Source: an uncultured Mycoplasmatota bacterium
GTDB taxonomy: Bacteria; Bacillota_I; Bacilli_A; RF39; UBA660
Length of the DNA stretch: 64,000 nt
Direction: 5' to 3'
Assembly: GCA_900547775.1 (NCBI GenBank)
Contig: URHW01000004.1
Location: 4,806 to 68,805 of the forward strand
Positions 19,816 to 29,611 of the stretch are shown in pieces (position 1 is the first letter of the stretch; every line of letters begins with the position of its first letter). The notes under the pieces were generated by a model. That model was given only the letters and a program-made list of their open reading frames with translations, was not told the DNA's origin and searched no databases. The translations under genes and the position numbers were made by a program.

Positions 19816-21687
19816 TTAATTTATAATATAAGGATTATCACTCGTACCATTACCAGTTACGCTGGTCGAAGATATAAGAGAAATGGCCGGGCGAACACCA
19901 GTGTCGCCGTCAATGTTGCCGTCGCGCAAGTCACCCGAGCGCACGCCCCGATCGAGAGTGATGATGCTATCGAAGTAGCTAGGCGACAAGGACCACCACC
20001 AATTCGTCCCAGTATTTTCTTGTAAATATGTAGAACGATTATAATAACCAGATACCGACCCAGCAAATGCTATTTCATCTGCAGTTAATAATCCTATTTT
20101 ATAAGTTAAGTTACCATTACCATTCTTTGTATCATCAACAGTAAATTTAGATAATTTTCCACCATTATTATCATTTGGACATTTTAATGTTGGCTGTTTA
20201 GTGGAATCCAATCTATTATATGCAGCATAATTTGTATACTCTGTCCCATAACCTAATCCTCCACTTACTGTACTTTTATCATTACACCAAATTGTATCAG
20301 CTAGTTTATCTTCATATGGTGCTAAATTTTTTGTATACCATATCTCCAAATTTTTTAGTATTGTACTTTTATTTGTATTTGCATGTGTACTTGCATAATC
20401 ACTTGCTCCAGCAGTACCATACATAAATCCTACATAAGCATTATCATTATGGTTTGTATTAAATGCACTTTTATATGTTTCACCAGAGTATCTTGCAAAT
20501 GCTGCATTAGTACTATTATTTGCTGATGAACAAGGATTAGCTACTTTTGTAGTATTATCATTATGAAGAACAAGTTTTACTGAACCATCGCCTGTTATTC
20601 TTACTATTCTCCAGCATTTATTAGCAAATTGTACATAATTATTTTTTACTGCCCCTCTAAAGTAGTAAGATGTTCCATAATCATCTTCTGTACTAGCAAG
20701 TAATGCTTCTGTTGTATTTTTATTTGATGTTATTTGTTTGTACGTAAAACTGCTTGATGTAGCGCTTACTACATAATATATACTGCTTAAATTAGTGGTT
20801 GTTGTCATTGATCCTGCAGTACTTGAACCAGAACTTGATAAAGAACTATATGGCAAATATTTTCCAACTAAGCTTGAATATGAATTAGCATATGTATCAC
20901 TTGTTACTGCAGTACCAGTTAAATTAAAGTTTGTCCCATTTGCTTCGTATCCAGTACCATAAGTTATATAATATGCTTGAGATGTTGATAATACACTTGT
21001 TGACTGACTTTCAACATCATCTTTAGTATGAGCATTTACTTCTTTTCCTGGTGTTGTAAGTGGTGATTTTATCTCGTTATTTGCAAGTATTGCATCTTTC
21101 AATGTAACCTCTTCATTAGCAGCTACTCCAACAACGACTATCTTACCTTCCCAGTTCTTATTAAGTCCATCTGCAATAGATGTTTCACCATCCATCCATA
21201 CTCTTAAATCGTAACTTTTCTCTTCATTTGCTTTAAGTCCAGTAGTTACTAAAATATAACCTTTATTTGTGCCTTCCAATTCAGTTAAAGTCTGACTTCC
21301 AAGAAGCACGGAAGAGCCATCAGTCGTTCCTTTGCTAGATAAATTAACTTTTAAAAAACTATCCTTTAAGTATGCTACATCAGTACTTGTTCTATACTTA
21401 CTATCAATCGTAATATACACTTTAACATAACTATCACAATTATTTTTTAAAGTGAATGTAAATGGTGTTTGTTTAAGACCATCTTCATCACTTATCGGAA
21501 AAGCATCACTTAAAGTTATTTTAGATGTTTCTTCAGTAAGCGTTGCATCTAAACAAGTTCTAGTTCCAATAACATTACTATTAGTTTGCGTTAATTTCAA
21601 TCTAAACCAAGCATAACTTACACCCATAAAAACAACTAAAGTTATAAGTAATCCATAATAAATTTTTATTTTCTTTTTATCTTCCAT
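19816..21687 (-). CDS. Paralog 3 of the hypervariable surface protein family; putative DGR target
   Basis: Full-length architecture like paralog 1. The C-terminal cassette at about 19890-19985 is GC-rich and NNC-rich. Confidence 0.75.
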   Translation of the reverse strand: MEDKKKIKIYYGLLITLVVFMGVSYAWFRLKLTQTNSNVIGTRTCLDATLTEETSKITLSDAFPISDEDGLKQTPFTFTLKNNCDSYVKVYITIDSKYRTSTDVAYLKDSFLKVNLSSKGTTDGSSVLLGSQTLTELEGTNKGYILVTTGLKANEEKSYDLRVWMDGETSIADGLNKNWEGKIVVVGVAANEEVTLKDAILANNEIKSPLTTPGKEVNAHTKDDVESQSTSVLSTSQAYYITYGTGYEANGTNFNLTGTAVTSDTYANSYSSLVGKYLPYSSLSSSGSSTAGSMTTTTNLSSIYYVVSATSSSFTYKQITSNKNTTEALLASTEDDYGTSYYFRGAVKNNYVQFANKCWRIVRITGDGSVKLVLHNDNTTKVANPCSSANNSTNAAFARYSGETYKSAFNTNHNDNAYVGFMYGTAGASDYASTHANTNKSTILKNLEIWYTKNLAPYEDKLADTIWCNDKSTVSGGLGYGTEYTNYAAYNRLDSTKQPTLKCPNDNNGGKLSKFTVDDTKNGNGNLTYKIGLLTADEIAFAGSVSGYYNRSTYLQENTGTNWWWSLSPSYFDSIITLDRGVRSGDLRDGNIDGDTGVRPAISLISSTSVTGNGTSDNPYIIN

Positions 21688-21694
21688 ATTTCAC

Positions 21695-23011
21695 CTACTT
21701 ACTCTTAATTAATGGACTAGTCACAGTTGTCCTAACCATAATATCATTTCCATTCTCATCAACCTTTTCATTCTCTATCGGTTTACTAGAATCATAATAA
21801 GAAAGTACCATTTTTGGATATGCAAGTGATGTATCTCCATTAACATCAAATAAATTAATCCAAGAAGTATCATTTGCTTCCAATACCTCATTTAAAGATA
21901 AACCTCTATCCTGTGAAAACTCACTTAACTTACTCTTAGCACTAGTAGTTCCCCAATTATATGCACAAAGTGCTGCTGGTACATTATAATCCATATTAAC
22001 CAAACAATTCTGAAAATACATACAAGCAATCTTTATATTAGTATCAAGTTCTCTAATATTACTATCAGTAACATGAAAAGTCTCCCAAGAAGAAGTATCA
22101 AAATTATACGCTTTAACATCCTGATTTACCCAAACGGCATACTGCATTTGCATAAGACCTACTCCACCGCCTGGATCAATCTCTGTACTATGTACTCCCT
22201 TTTCTTGTGTTGCTATCGCCATTATCAAATCTTTATCTATTCCATAAGTTTTAGCATACTTGCTAACTAACTCATAATAATTTTCTTTTGCATTAACTGC
22301 TTTCTCATCGCTAGTTCTATCACTAAAATCAATATTAAAATTCTGATAAATAGTGTCTTTTTCTTCCACTAACTGTGCAAGTAACTCTCCATTAGTTGGT
22401 TCCTTATTTTCTGCTTCTTCTACATCTAATAAACTTATCATCTGCGTATCCATTAAAAGTTTATCATATCCTGGATCTTTTTCCTCTGTACTCGGCTGCG
22501 CACTTATCTCTTGATCCTCAGTTTCATTTAAATATTTTTCCACACTATCATGATTAACTTCTTCCATCCAAGTTGCACTAACACTAGGAGTAAAAGGATC
22601 CTCAAACTCTTTAAGTTTATGACCAATACTTAAAACAGATACCATAATAAGAAGAACCATAAGTCCCTTAGTAATTGTCCCAGTCTTAGATACCCTTTTA
22701 GCTTTCCTACTACCATTCATATACTTACTAGCCCTACTAGCATTATACTTATCTACTTTTTTTCTAGCATCTACTCTTTCAAATACCTGCTTATAATCCT
22801 TAATAAAAATAACTCTATCAGAATAAACAACTCTTATAACCTTTCCATCTTTACTAATTCTAGCATCAGTAGCATTTCTTCTTTCTACTTCATTTAAAAA
22901 TTTCTTCGCTTCATCACCAAAAAAGATATTACTATAAGAACTATCAGTATAACTATTATAATACTTAGTCGTTAATCTATTTCTATCACAGCAAACAACT
23001 ATTTTGTCCAT
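21695..23011 (-). CDS. Membrane-anchored lytic transglycosylase (SLT domain)
   Basis: An N-terminal cytoplasmic region and a TM segment (LMVLLIMVSVL) are present. The SLT motifs are E...GLMQMQ, AYN.G. Confidence 0.7.
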   Translation of the reverse strand: MDKIVVCCDRNRLTTKYYNSYTDSSYSNIFFGDEAKKFLNEVERRNATDARISKDGKVIRVVYSDRVIFIKDYKQVFERVDARKKVDKYNASRASKYMNGSRKAKRVSKTGTITKGLMVLLIMVSVLSIGHKLKEFEDPFTPSVSATWMEEVNHDSVEKYLNETEDQEISAQPSTEEKDPGYDKLLMDTQMISLLDVEEAENKEPTNGELLAQLVEEKDTIYQNFNIDFSDRTSDEKAVNAKENYYELVSKYAKTYGIDKDLIMAIATQEKGVHSTEIDPGGGVGLMQMQYAVWVNQDVKAYNFDTSSWETFHVTDSNIRELDTNIKIACMYFQNCLVNMDYNVPAALCAYNWGTTSAKSKLSEFSQDRGLSLNEVLEANDTSWINLFDVNGDTSLAYPKMVLSYYDSSKPIENEKVDENGNDIMVRTTVTSPLIKSK

Positions 23012-23235
23012 AAGTCATCCCTTTTTTCTAACTCTGCATCAATCATATCCCATTCTTCATCTGTAGTTATAGGAAGAAGCGTTACATCATCACTAAGTAT
23101 AGAAGCAGAAATATCCCCATTTTCTAAAACATATACAATATACCTTTTATTATTATTTTCAAATATAAATAGAACATGTAACTTCTCACCATTAACCTCT
23201 ATCACACCATCTAATAATATCTCATCCATACTCAT
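22999..23235 (-). CDS. DUF1292 family small protein
   Basis: 78 aa with the ..YIVYVLENGD.. and ..DEEW..I..EL pattern. Confidence 0.5.
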   Translation of the reverse strand: MSMDEILLDGVIEVNGEKLHVLFIFENNNKRYIVYVLENGDISASILSDDVTLLPITTDEEWDMIDAELEKRDDLWTK

Positions 23236-23301
23236 CTTCCTATTCTATACAAAAATTATAACAACAAATTTCCCTTTTGTAAACATAAGAAAAGAGTAAG
23301 A

Positions 23302-24528
23302 TTACTTACCAATATAGTATTTCTTCTTACCCTTACGTACAATTAAATATTTATTATATAACAACTTATCACTGGTAATTGCATCACCCTCATCATTAAC
23401 TTTTTCTCCATTAATACTAATACTACCAGCACTAATAAATTCTCTTGCTTCTCTTTTACTAGAACATATCTTAGCATTTATTAACATATCAATAACTTTA
23501 TCGTGAGCATTTACATCAAATGAAGGAGCCCCCTTAAAGGCATCTTCTAGTTCATCTTCATCTAAAAGTGTAATATCACCTTTAAATAAACAATCACTAA
23601 TCTTTTTCGCTTTCAAATATTCTTCTTCCCCACGAATATCAGTAATAATCTCTCTAGCTAAAGCAATATGTGCTTCTCTTGCTTCTGGATGCTCATTATT
23701 CTTTCTTTCATACTCTTCTATTTCCTCTCTACTTAAGAAAGTAAATATCTTTAAATAATCAATAACAAGTGAATCATCCACATTAACTAAGTATTGATAT
23801 AACTCATAACTTGAAGTCTTATTCTTATCAAGCCATAAAGCATTACCTTCACTCTTACCAAACTTCTTACCAGTCTTATCAAGAACAAGTGGCATTGTAA
23901 ACCCATAAGCCTCCTTACCAGTTTTCTTTCTAATTAAATCAATACCAGTTGTAATATTACCCCATTGATCAGAACCTTCTGCTTGAAGTACACAATTCTT
24001 ATCTTCAAATAATCTTAAGAAATCATATCCTTGAATTAAAGTATAAGAAAACTCTGCATAAGTAATACCTGTCTCTAATCTTCTTCTAATAATATCTTTA
24101 TCAAGCATATAATTAACATTAATATACTTACCAACATCTCTTAAGAAATCTAAAAATTCATAACCTTTAAACCAATCATAATTATTAACAAGTTCTGCTT
24201 TGCCATCAAATAAAGCACTAACTTGTTTAGAAATACCTTCTAAGTTTTTATTAAGAGTCTCTTTACTAATAATTTCTCTTTCAGCAGTTGGTCTAGGATC
24301 TCCAATAAGTCCCGTAGCTCCACCAATTAATAAAATTGGATGATGACCTGCTTTAGCAAGTCTTTTCGCGGTAACAAGTGATGAGTAATGTCCTAAATGC
24401 AAACTATCTGCAGTTGGGTCTGTTCCCCAATAAAAACTAATTGGCTCTCCATTTAATAACTTTTCTATATCAGGACTACTAATATCTTTAACAAGTCCTC
24501 TCCATTTTAAATCTTCAAATAAATTCAT
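23302..24528 (-). CDS. tyrS: Tyrosyl-tRNA synthetase
   Basis: HIGH-type motif HLGH, KMSKS-type KFGKS and a C-terminal S4-like domain. Confidence 0.95.
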   Translation of the reverse strand: MNLFEDLKWRGLVKDISSPDIEKLLNGEPISFYWGTDPTADSLHLGHYSSLVTAKRLAKAGHHPILLIGGATGLIGDPRPTAEREIISKETLNKNLEGISKQVSALFDGKAELVNNYDWFKGYEFLDFLRDVGKYINVNYMLDKDIIRRRLETGITYAEFSYTLIQGYDFLRLFEDKNCVLQAEGSDQWGNITTGIDLIRKKTGKEAYGFTMPLVLDKTGKKFGKSEGNALWLDKNKTSSYELYQYLVNVDDSLVIDYLKIFTFLSREEIEEYERKNNEHPEAREAHIALAREIITDIRGEEEYLKAKKISDCLFKGDITLLDEDELEDAFKGAPSFDVNAHDKVIDMLINAKICSSKREAREFISAGSISINGEKVNDEGDAITSDKLLYNKYLIVRKGKKKYYIGK

Positions 24529-24539
24529 AATATCTCCTC

Positions 24540-25154
24540 CTATAATATATCTTTCAATTTTCTAATATCATTTATTGTACTTTCAGTATTTTCATTATCT
24601 TTACTTATATAAATAGTTTTCATTCCAAGTGCTTTAGCCGGATTAATATCACTAGTTAAACTATCACCAATCATTACACATTCATCATAATTATCTTTTT
24701 CTCTAGCTAAATCAAAAAACTCTTTATTAGGTTTAATTCCATATTCACACCCGTATATATTCTTAAAATATTTATCTAAGCCGTGGTATCGCAATCTTCC
24801 CTTTTGAGCATCAGTGTACCAATTAGTAAGTACCACTAAAGTATACTTCTTACTTAAATAATCAAGAACATCACTAGTATCATCATTTAATAAAGTTGAA
24901 TATCCTGCATAAATATCTAAACATCTATTTAAATCATCTTTACTAAACATAATCTTTAACCTATCACTAATATATTTGGAAAGTTCATCTTTATCAAACC
25001 CAATACCTTTTAACTCAAACTCTCCAATAACATCATAAAACATCTTAGGCTTAATATTAGGATAATCTTTTAGAAATTCCGTATAAGCATTTATACAATC
25101 TTTATATGTATCAAAAAGGGTATTATCTACATCAAATATAATTCTCTTAATCAT
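24540..25154 (-). CDS. HAD-superfamily hydrolase
   Basis: DVDNTLFD motif I. Start moved to MIKRII, which has a GGAGG RBS. Confidence 0.7.
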   Translation of the reverse strand: MIKRIIFDVDNTLFDTYKDCINAYTEFLKDYPNIKPKMFYDVIGEFELKGIGFDKDELSKYISDRLKIMFSKDDLNRCLDIYAGYSTLLNDDTSDVLDYLSKKYTLVVLTNWYTDAQKGRLRYHGLDKYFKNIYGCEYGIKPNKEFFDLAREKDNYDECVMIGDSLTSDINPAKALGMKTIYISKDNENTESTINDIRKLKDIL

Positions 25155-25184
25155 ATATTCCTCCACAAAAAAAATCATAAACTA

Positions 25185-25470
25185 AAGGACGAATAAAATC
25201 CGCGGTACCACCTTAATTCATGATTACATGCTCTCTTAATCTTATCGCGATTTTCCACGTTTTAGCTCCAAGGTCGTAAATCTCTTCATCACTAACAAAC
25301 ATAGTATATCAAATGAAAATATTTATTTCAAGCAAAAAAACTTGTATAAATTAGCTTTAATGTTGTATAATTAACTTAAGGAAGAGCACTAACCCTGAAA
25401 GTTAGGCTTCTCCAGTTTGTTCTTTTGAAGCTACTTAACAGGTAATGTTACTAGCTTCTTTTATTTTATC
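25185..25470 (-). promoter_or_regulatory. T-box riboswitch leader (probably Tyr-specific) upstream of HAD hydrolase-tyrS
   Basis: Minus-strand AATTAAGGTGGTACCGCGG T-box core at 25200-25216. Stem-I-like elements lie upstream and a U-run lies before the RBS. Confidence 0.75.
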
Positions 25471-25725
25471 TAAAAATAATAATAATCACTTTTAAAATAA
25501 GTAAAAGGACGAATATGATAATTAAATTATCTAAAATAGATTTTAATTTTCTCATAAACATCACTCCCCTCTTTATAAGAAAGGAGAAGTCTAACATAGT
25601 ACTCTTCAAATAAGTATATTAACATAATCATTAAACTAGTGCAAGCCCTTTATTTATGCTGGTTTGCAGACTTTTAAAATCTGTAATCATCTTATAAAAA
25701 AAGATAACACTTTAAACATGTCATC

Positions 25726-26013
25726 TTACAATTTTTCAATAACTGCCGCATTCTTCTCTAAGCACCTAATCAAATCTGCATGATCATACTTTTCAAAGAT
25801 TGCTCTAAATCTATCTGGATTTATAAAGAACATATGAGTATGTCCCATAAACACCTCTTTATAATTCTTAATTCCAATACCTTTTAAATAAGTATAATTT
25901 TCTTTAACTAGCGATGGAAACAATTTAAGTTTCTCAATAACGCTTGCTTCACTAGAACCATTAATTATTGTAATATCATCATCAGTTAATCCTAAATCTT
26001 TTAAATAATTCAT
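25726..26013 (-). CDS. Hypothetical protein
   Basis: 95-aa ORF. Its start overlaps the upstream gene's stop. Confidence 0.35.
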   Translation of the reverse strand: MNYLKDLGLTDDDITIINGSSEASVIEKLKLFPSLVKENYTYLKGIGIKNYKEVFMGHTHMFFINPDRFRAIFEKYDHADLIRCLEKNAAVIEKL

Positions 26014-27452
26014 TATCTGTTACCTCCTAAATCATTCAAATGTTTAGCCTTAACAATTAAATCAGTAATATTTGCTTCACTAACCTTAGGACCATAACTC
26101 TTAACAACCTCATTTAAATCAAAACTATTAATAAGTGGAAGTGCTGATAATACATAACTTATATTACTAGTAGTTTGTCCAGCAAGTAAAAGTTTACTAA
26201 TTACATGTTCTATCTCAGCAGGTGTACTTGTCGTAAATAAATCTGCTGAATCATAAATAGCATCTAACTTAATATTATTTCTCTTAAGTACATCAAATAC
26301 TTTCTTATACATTTCTTTATTATAATTAGATTTTAATCTATCTTGATCAGACTTACTAAAATTATAATAATCTACACCATTTTCTGTAAATAAATTAGCA
26401 AGTTCATTTTCATTATCATTTGTTTCAGCTACTGGTTCAAAACTTAAACTGTTTTCTTTTTGAGGCTCTTCTTTTACAATTCCTTCTTTATTAGAAACAG
26501 TTGTTTCTTCTGGCTCCATATTTAAATCATCTTCACTTAAACCTTCAAAACTAAAACTACCATCACCGTCAGAAACATTTTCATGTTCAAAAATATTCAA
26601 ATCATTACTTACAGGCTCATCTTTTACTTCATTTTTAGAAGGCTCTTCTTCAGTAACTTCTTCCTTAGATGGTACTACTGGTTCACTTTTTTTGTGATCA
26701 TCATCATCTAAACCTGTACCAAAAATGCTTGCATATTCACTGTCTATCGAATCATTTAACGCCTTAAAATCAATCTTTTTATAATCACTTACTGGTTCTT
26801 CTTCAGTCTTTACTTCTTCTTTTACAGCACTACTTGTTTCAGTTTCTTCATCCTCAGGTTCATCCATTTGACTTATTTCATCAAACACCGGACTATCTAA
26901 ATTTACATTATCATACTTCTTAACTTCAAAAGTAGGTTCAATTACTAAGTTTTCTGGGTTTTCAGATGAAAAATCAATAATACGATTTAATTCCTTAGAA
27001 TAATACTCCAAAGCCTTAGTATAATTATCTAATCTCTCTGTTTTAATTTCTTTATCCTTTTTTAAATTAATTAGTAAGTCTTTAATAGCTCTAGCTTTCT
27101 CAGTAAGTTCACCAATCTTTTCACGATATTTAGTAATCTCATTTTGTTTAGCAATCATCTTAGCATTAATTTCTTTATTACCAGCCTCAACAATCGCATT
27201 TAAATCTTTCTTACCAAATCTCTCATTTAAATCAGTTAAATCAACCTCAAGCGCTTTTATTTCTTCCTCTAAAGTTTTAATTTTATCTTTAGCACTATCA
27301 ACATCAACTTTATATCCTTTAGCCTCATCTATTTTTTTATCAATCTTAGACTTAACCTCATCTAAAACTTTTTCACATTCACTTTTCTTAGTTTCCAACT
27401 CACTAATAATTGCTTTTAACTTACTATTTATTTCATTTATCAAGTTTATCAT
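26013..27452 (-). CDS. Coiled-coil/acidic low-complexity protein, hypothetical
   Basis: An N-terminal 150-aa coiled coil is followed by an E/D/S-rich region. Confidence 0.4.
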   Translation of the reverse strand: MINLINEINSKLKAIISELETKKSECEKVLDEVKSKIDKKIDEAKGYKVDVDSAKDKIKTLEEEIKALEVDLTDLNERFGKKDLNAIVEAGNKEINAKMIAKQNEITKYREKIGELTEKARAIKDLLINLKKDKEIKTERLDNYTKALEYYSKELNRIIDFSSENPENLVIEPTFEVKKYDNVNLDSPVFDEISQMDEPEDEETETSSAVKEEVKTEEEPVSDYKKIDFKALNDSIDSEYASIFGTGLDDDDHKKSEPVVPSKEEVTEEEPSKNEVKDEPVSNDLNIFEHENVSDGDGSFSFEGLSEDDLNMEPEETTVSNKEGIVKEEPQKENSLSFEPVAETNDNENELANLFTENGVDYYNFSKSDQDRLKSNYNKEMYKKVFDVLKRNNIKLDAIYDSADLFTTSTPAEIEHVISKLLLAGQTTSNISYVLSALPLINSFDLNEVVKSYGPKVSEANITDLIVKAKHLNDLGGNR

Positions 27453-27562
27453 CGTACAACCCTTCCTATTCTAAAGAAATTATAGCAGACTTTTTCTAAC
27501 TTGTAAATAACATGCCTACCATTTTACAAGACTTTTAAAAAGAAAAATTCTCACTCTTCAAA

Positions 27563-27941
27563 TGTATCTAAATCAATTTCAAATTTCTGCAAATTAAAAA
27601 TAATCACTAAAACTATACATTGCTTTTTCATAATAAACATAAGTATTTTCCACATTCCTATCATAATTACTAACCATAAAAGTATAAATCCTATTATTAT
27701 CTGAAAAAAAAGAAATATCAGCTCCATAAGGAATATCTATACTTAGTGCACTAACTTCCTCTGGAATATCAAAATCTTCTTATATTTAAAATTATCTTTA
27801 TTAATAACCATCATCCACCATCTTTTTATTATACCTTAACTCTTCTTTTAAACTATTTAAATTTGCTTTACTTTCTTCTTTCTTACCTCAACCAGTAACC
27901 ATTAAAACAATAATCACTAACAAAAATACTTTCCTTTTCAT
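27563..27941 (-). pseudogene. Lipoprotein pseudogene (TGA at lipobox Cys plus downstream stops)
   Basis: Minus-strand translation MKRKVFLLVIIVLMVTG*GKKEE... has a stop exactly where the lipobox Cys is expected. Confidence 0.5.
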
Positions 27942-28101
27942 AATCTTCCTGCCTTATAAAATTTATATAAAAAATAATTATTCTTCAATCAAAAAAATTT
28001 TCAGTTGAGCACAATAAAAAAATCAACTTAAAATATTAATAAACACATTTCATTTAATAAAAACTGCAAAAATCTTAACAAAAATAAGAGCCCTAAAGCT
28101 C

Positions 28102-28800
28102 TTAACATTTCTTCTCAAGAATATCTAACACTCCATACAAAATAAATGAAATAATCATAATAATCACAATTCCTGCCATTACAAGTGTTAAATTAAATAC
28201 CTGAGTTCCATATAAAATTAAATATCCTATCCCTGCTTTACTTACCAAAAACTCTCCCATAATAACGCCAATTAAACTCATCGAAATATTAAGTTTCAAA
28301 CTAGAAAAGATTGTCTTCTTATTACTAGCGATCACTAACTTAGTCATAATCTGATAAGTACTTGCTCCAAAACTTTTAAACATCTTAATCTTATAAGCAT
28401 CCGTTGTAATCAGCCCATTATAAATCGTAACAAGCGTTACAATAACATTAATAAGTAAACTCATAACAACAATAGACTTCATATTAGCACCTAACCAAAT
28501 AATTAATATTGGCCCTAAAGATACTTTAGGTAAACTATTTAAAAGTGTAAGATATGGGTCCATTACTCTCTTTAAAAAAGGTACTAAATAAAAAATTACT
28601 GCTAAAATAAAACCTAATAAAGAACCTATCGTAAAACTAAGCATAATCTCCTTTAAAGTAGTTAGTACATGAATATAAAGTTCTCCACTAACAAGTAGTC
28701 CTTTAATCGACATCATTACTTTATATGGACTAGAGAAAATAAAACTATTTATTACTCCCTTATCACTAAGCACCTGCCATAACCCTAAAAATAATATCAA
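28102..28800 (-). CDS. ABC transporter permease (NitT/TauT-type)
   Basis: 6 TM segments and a BPD_transp_1-like pattern. Confidence 0.7.
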   Translation of the reverse strand: MILFLGLWQVLSDKGVINSFIFSSPYKVMMSIKGLLVSGELYIHVLTTLKEIMLSFTIGSLLGFILAVIFYLVPFLKRVMDPYLTLLNSLPKVSLGPILIIWLGANMKSIVVMSLLINVIVTLVTIYNGLITTDAYKIKMFKSFGASTYQIMTKLVIASNKKTIFSSLKLNISMSLIGVIMGEFLVSKAGIGYLILYGTQVFNLTLVMAGIVIIMIISFILYGVLDILEKKC

Positions 28801-28867
28801 AATAAATACTTGTAAGAAAATAACACTAAAAGATTCTAACTTTCTTCTTTTTAAAAATCTTTTTTGT

Positions 28868-29611
28868 CTAAGAGATATCTTTATCTAAATCACCCCATAT
28901 CTTATCATAATAATCATAAAAATTATTTGCTTTTCGCCTTTTAGAAGGAGTATCACCCAAAAGATTTATCTCATATATATTTTTTACTTTGGCTGGTCTT
29001 TTAGAAAGAACTATAACTCTATCACAAAATGAAACACACTCTGCAATATCATGACTTATCAAAATAGTAGTAACCTTAAGTTCCTTTAATATCTTATATA
29101 TATCATCTGTAATAGTAAGCCTTGTTACATAATCAAGTGCAGAAAGCGGCTCATCAAGCAGTACCAAATTAGGTCTTATTGCAAGTGTCCTAGCAAGAGC
29201 AACCCTTTGTCTCATACCACCAGAAAGTTCTGACGGCATCTTTTCTAAAAACTTATCTAAACCAAACTGATTAAGCAGTCCTTTTGTATAATTAATCGTT
29301 TCATCATTTAGCATCTTCTTTAACTTTAAACCAAGCGTTGCATTATCAAGTACATTTTTATATGGAAGAAGCGCATCACTTTGCAGCATATAACCATAAT
29401 TATTCTTATATCTTATAACCTGCCCACCAGTTTCCTTATCTAACCCAGCAATAATATTTAAAAGTGTACTCTTACCACACCCACTAGAGCCAACAATTCC
29501 AATAATCTCCCCATCTTTAACATCAAAAGATACATCACCTACTGCTTCCACCTCACCAGATAAAGTATTAAAACTTTTCTCTACATTAACTAGTTTTAAA
29601 ACATTATTCAT
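28868..29611 (-). CDS. ABC transporter ATP-binding protein
   Basis: Walker A GSSGCGKST, signature LSGGMRQR, Walker B LLDEP. Confidence 0.9.
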   Translation of the reverse strand: MNNVLKLVNVEKSFNTLSGEVEAVGDVSFDVKDGEIIGIVGSSGCGKSTLLNIIAGLDKETGGQVIRYKNNYGYMLQSDALLPYKNVLDNATLGLKLKKMLNDETINYTKGLLNQFGLDKFLEKMPSELSGGMRQRVALARTLAIRPNLVLLDEPLSALDYVTRLTITDDIYKILKELKVTTILISHDIAECVSFCDRVIVLSKRPAKVKNIYEINLLGDTPSKRRKANNFYDYYDKIWGDLDKDIS

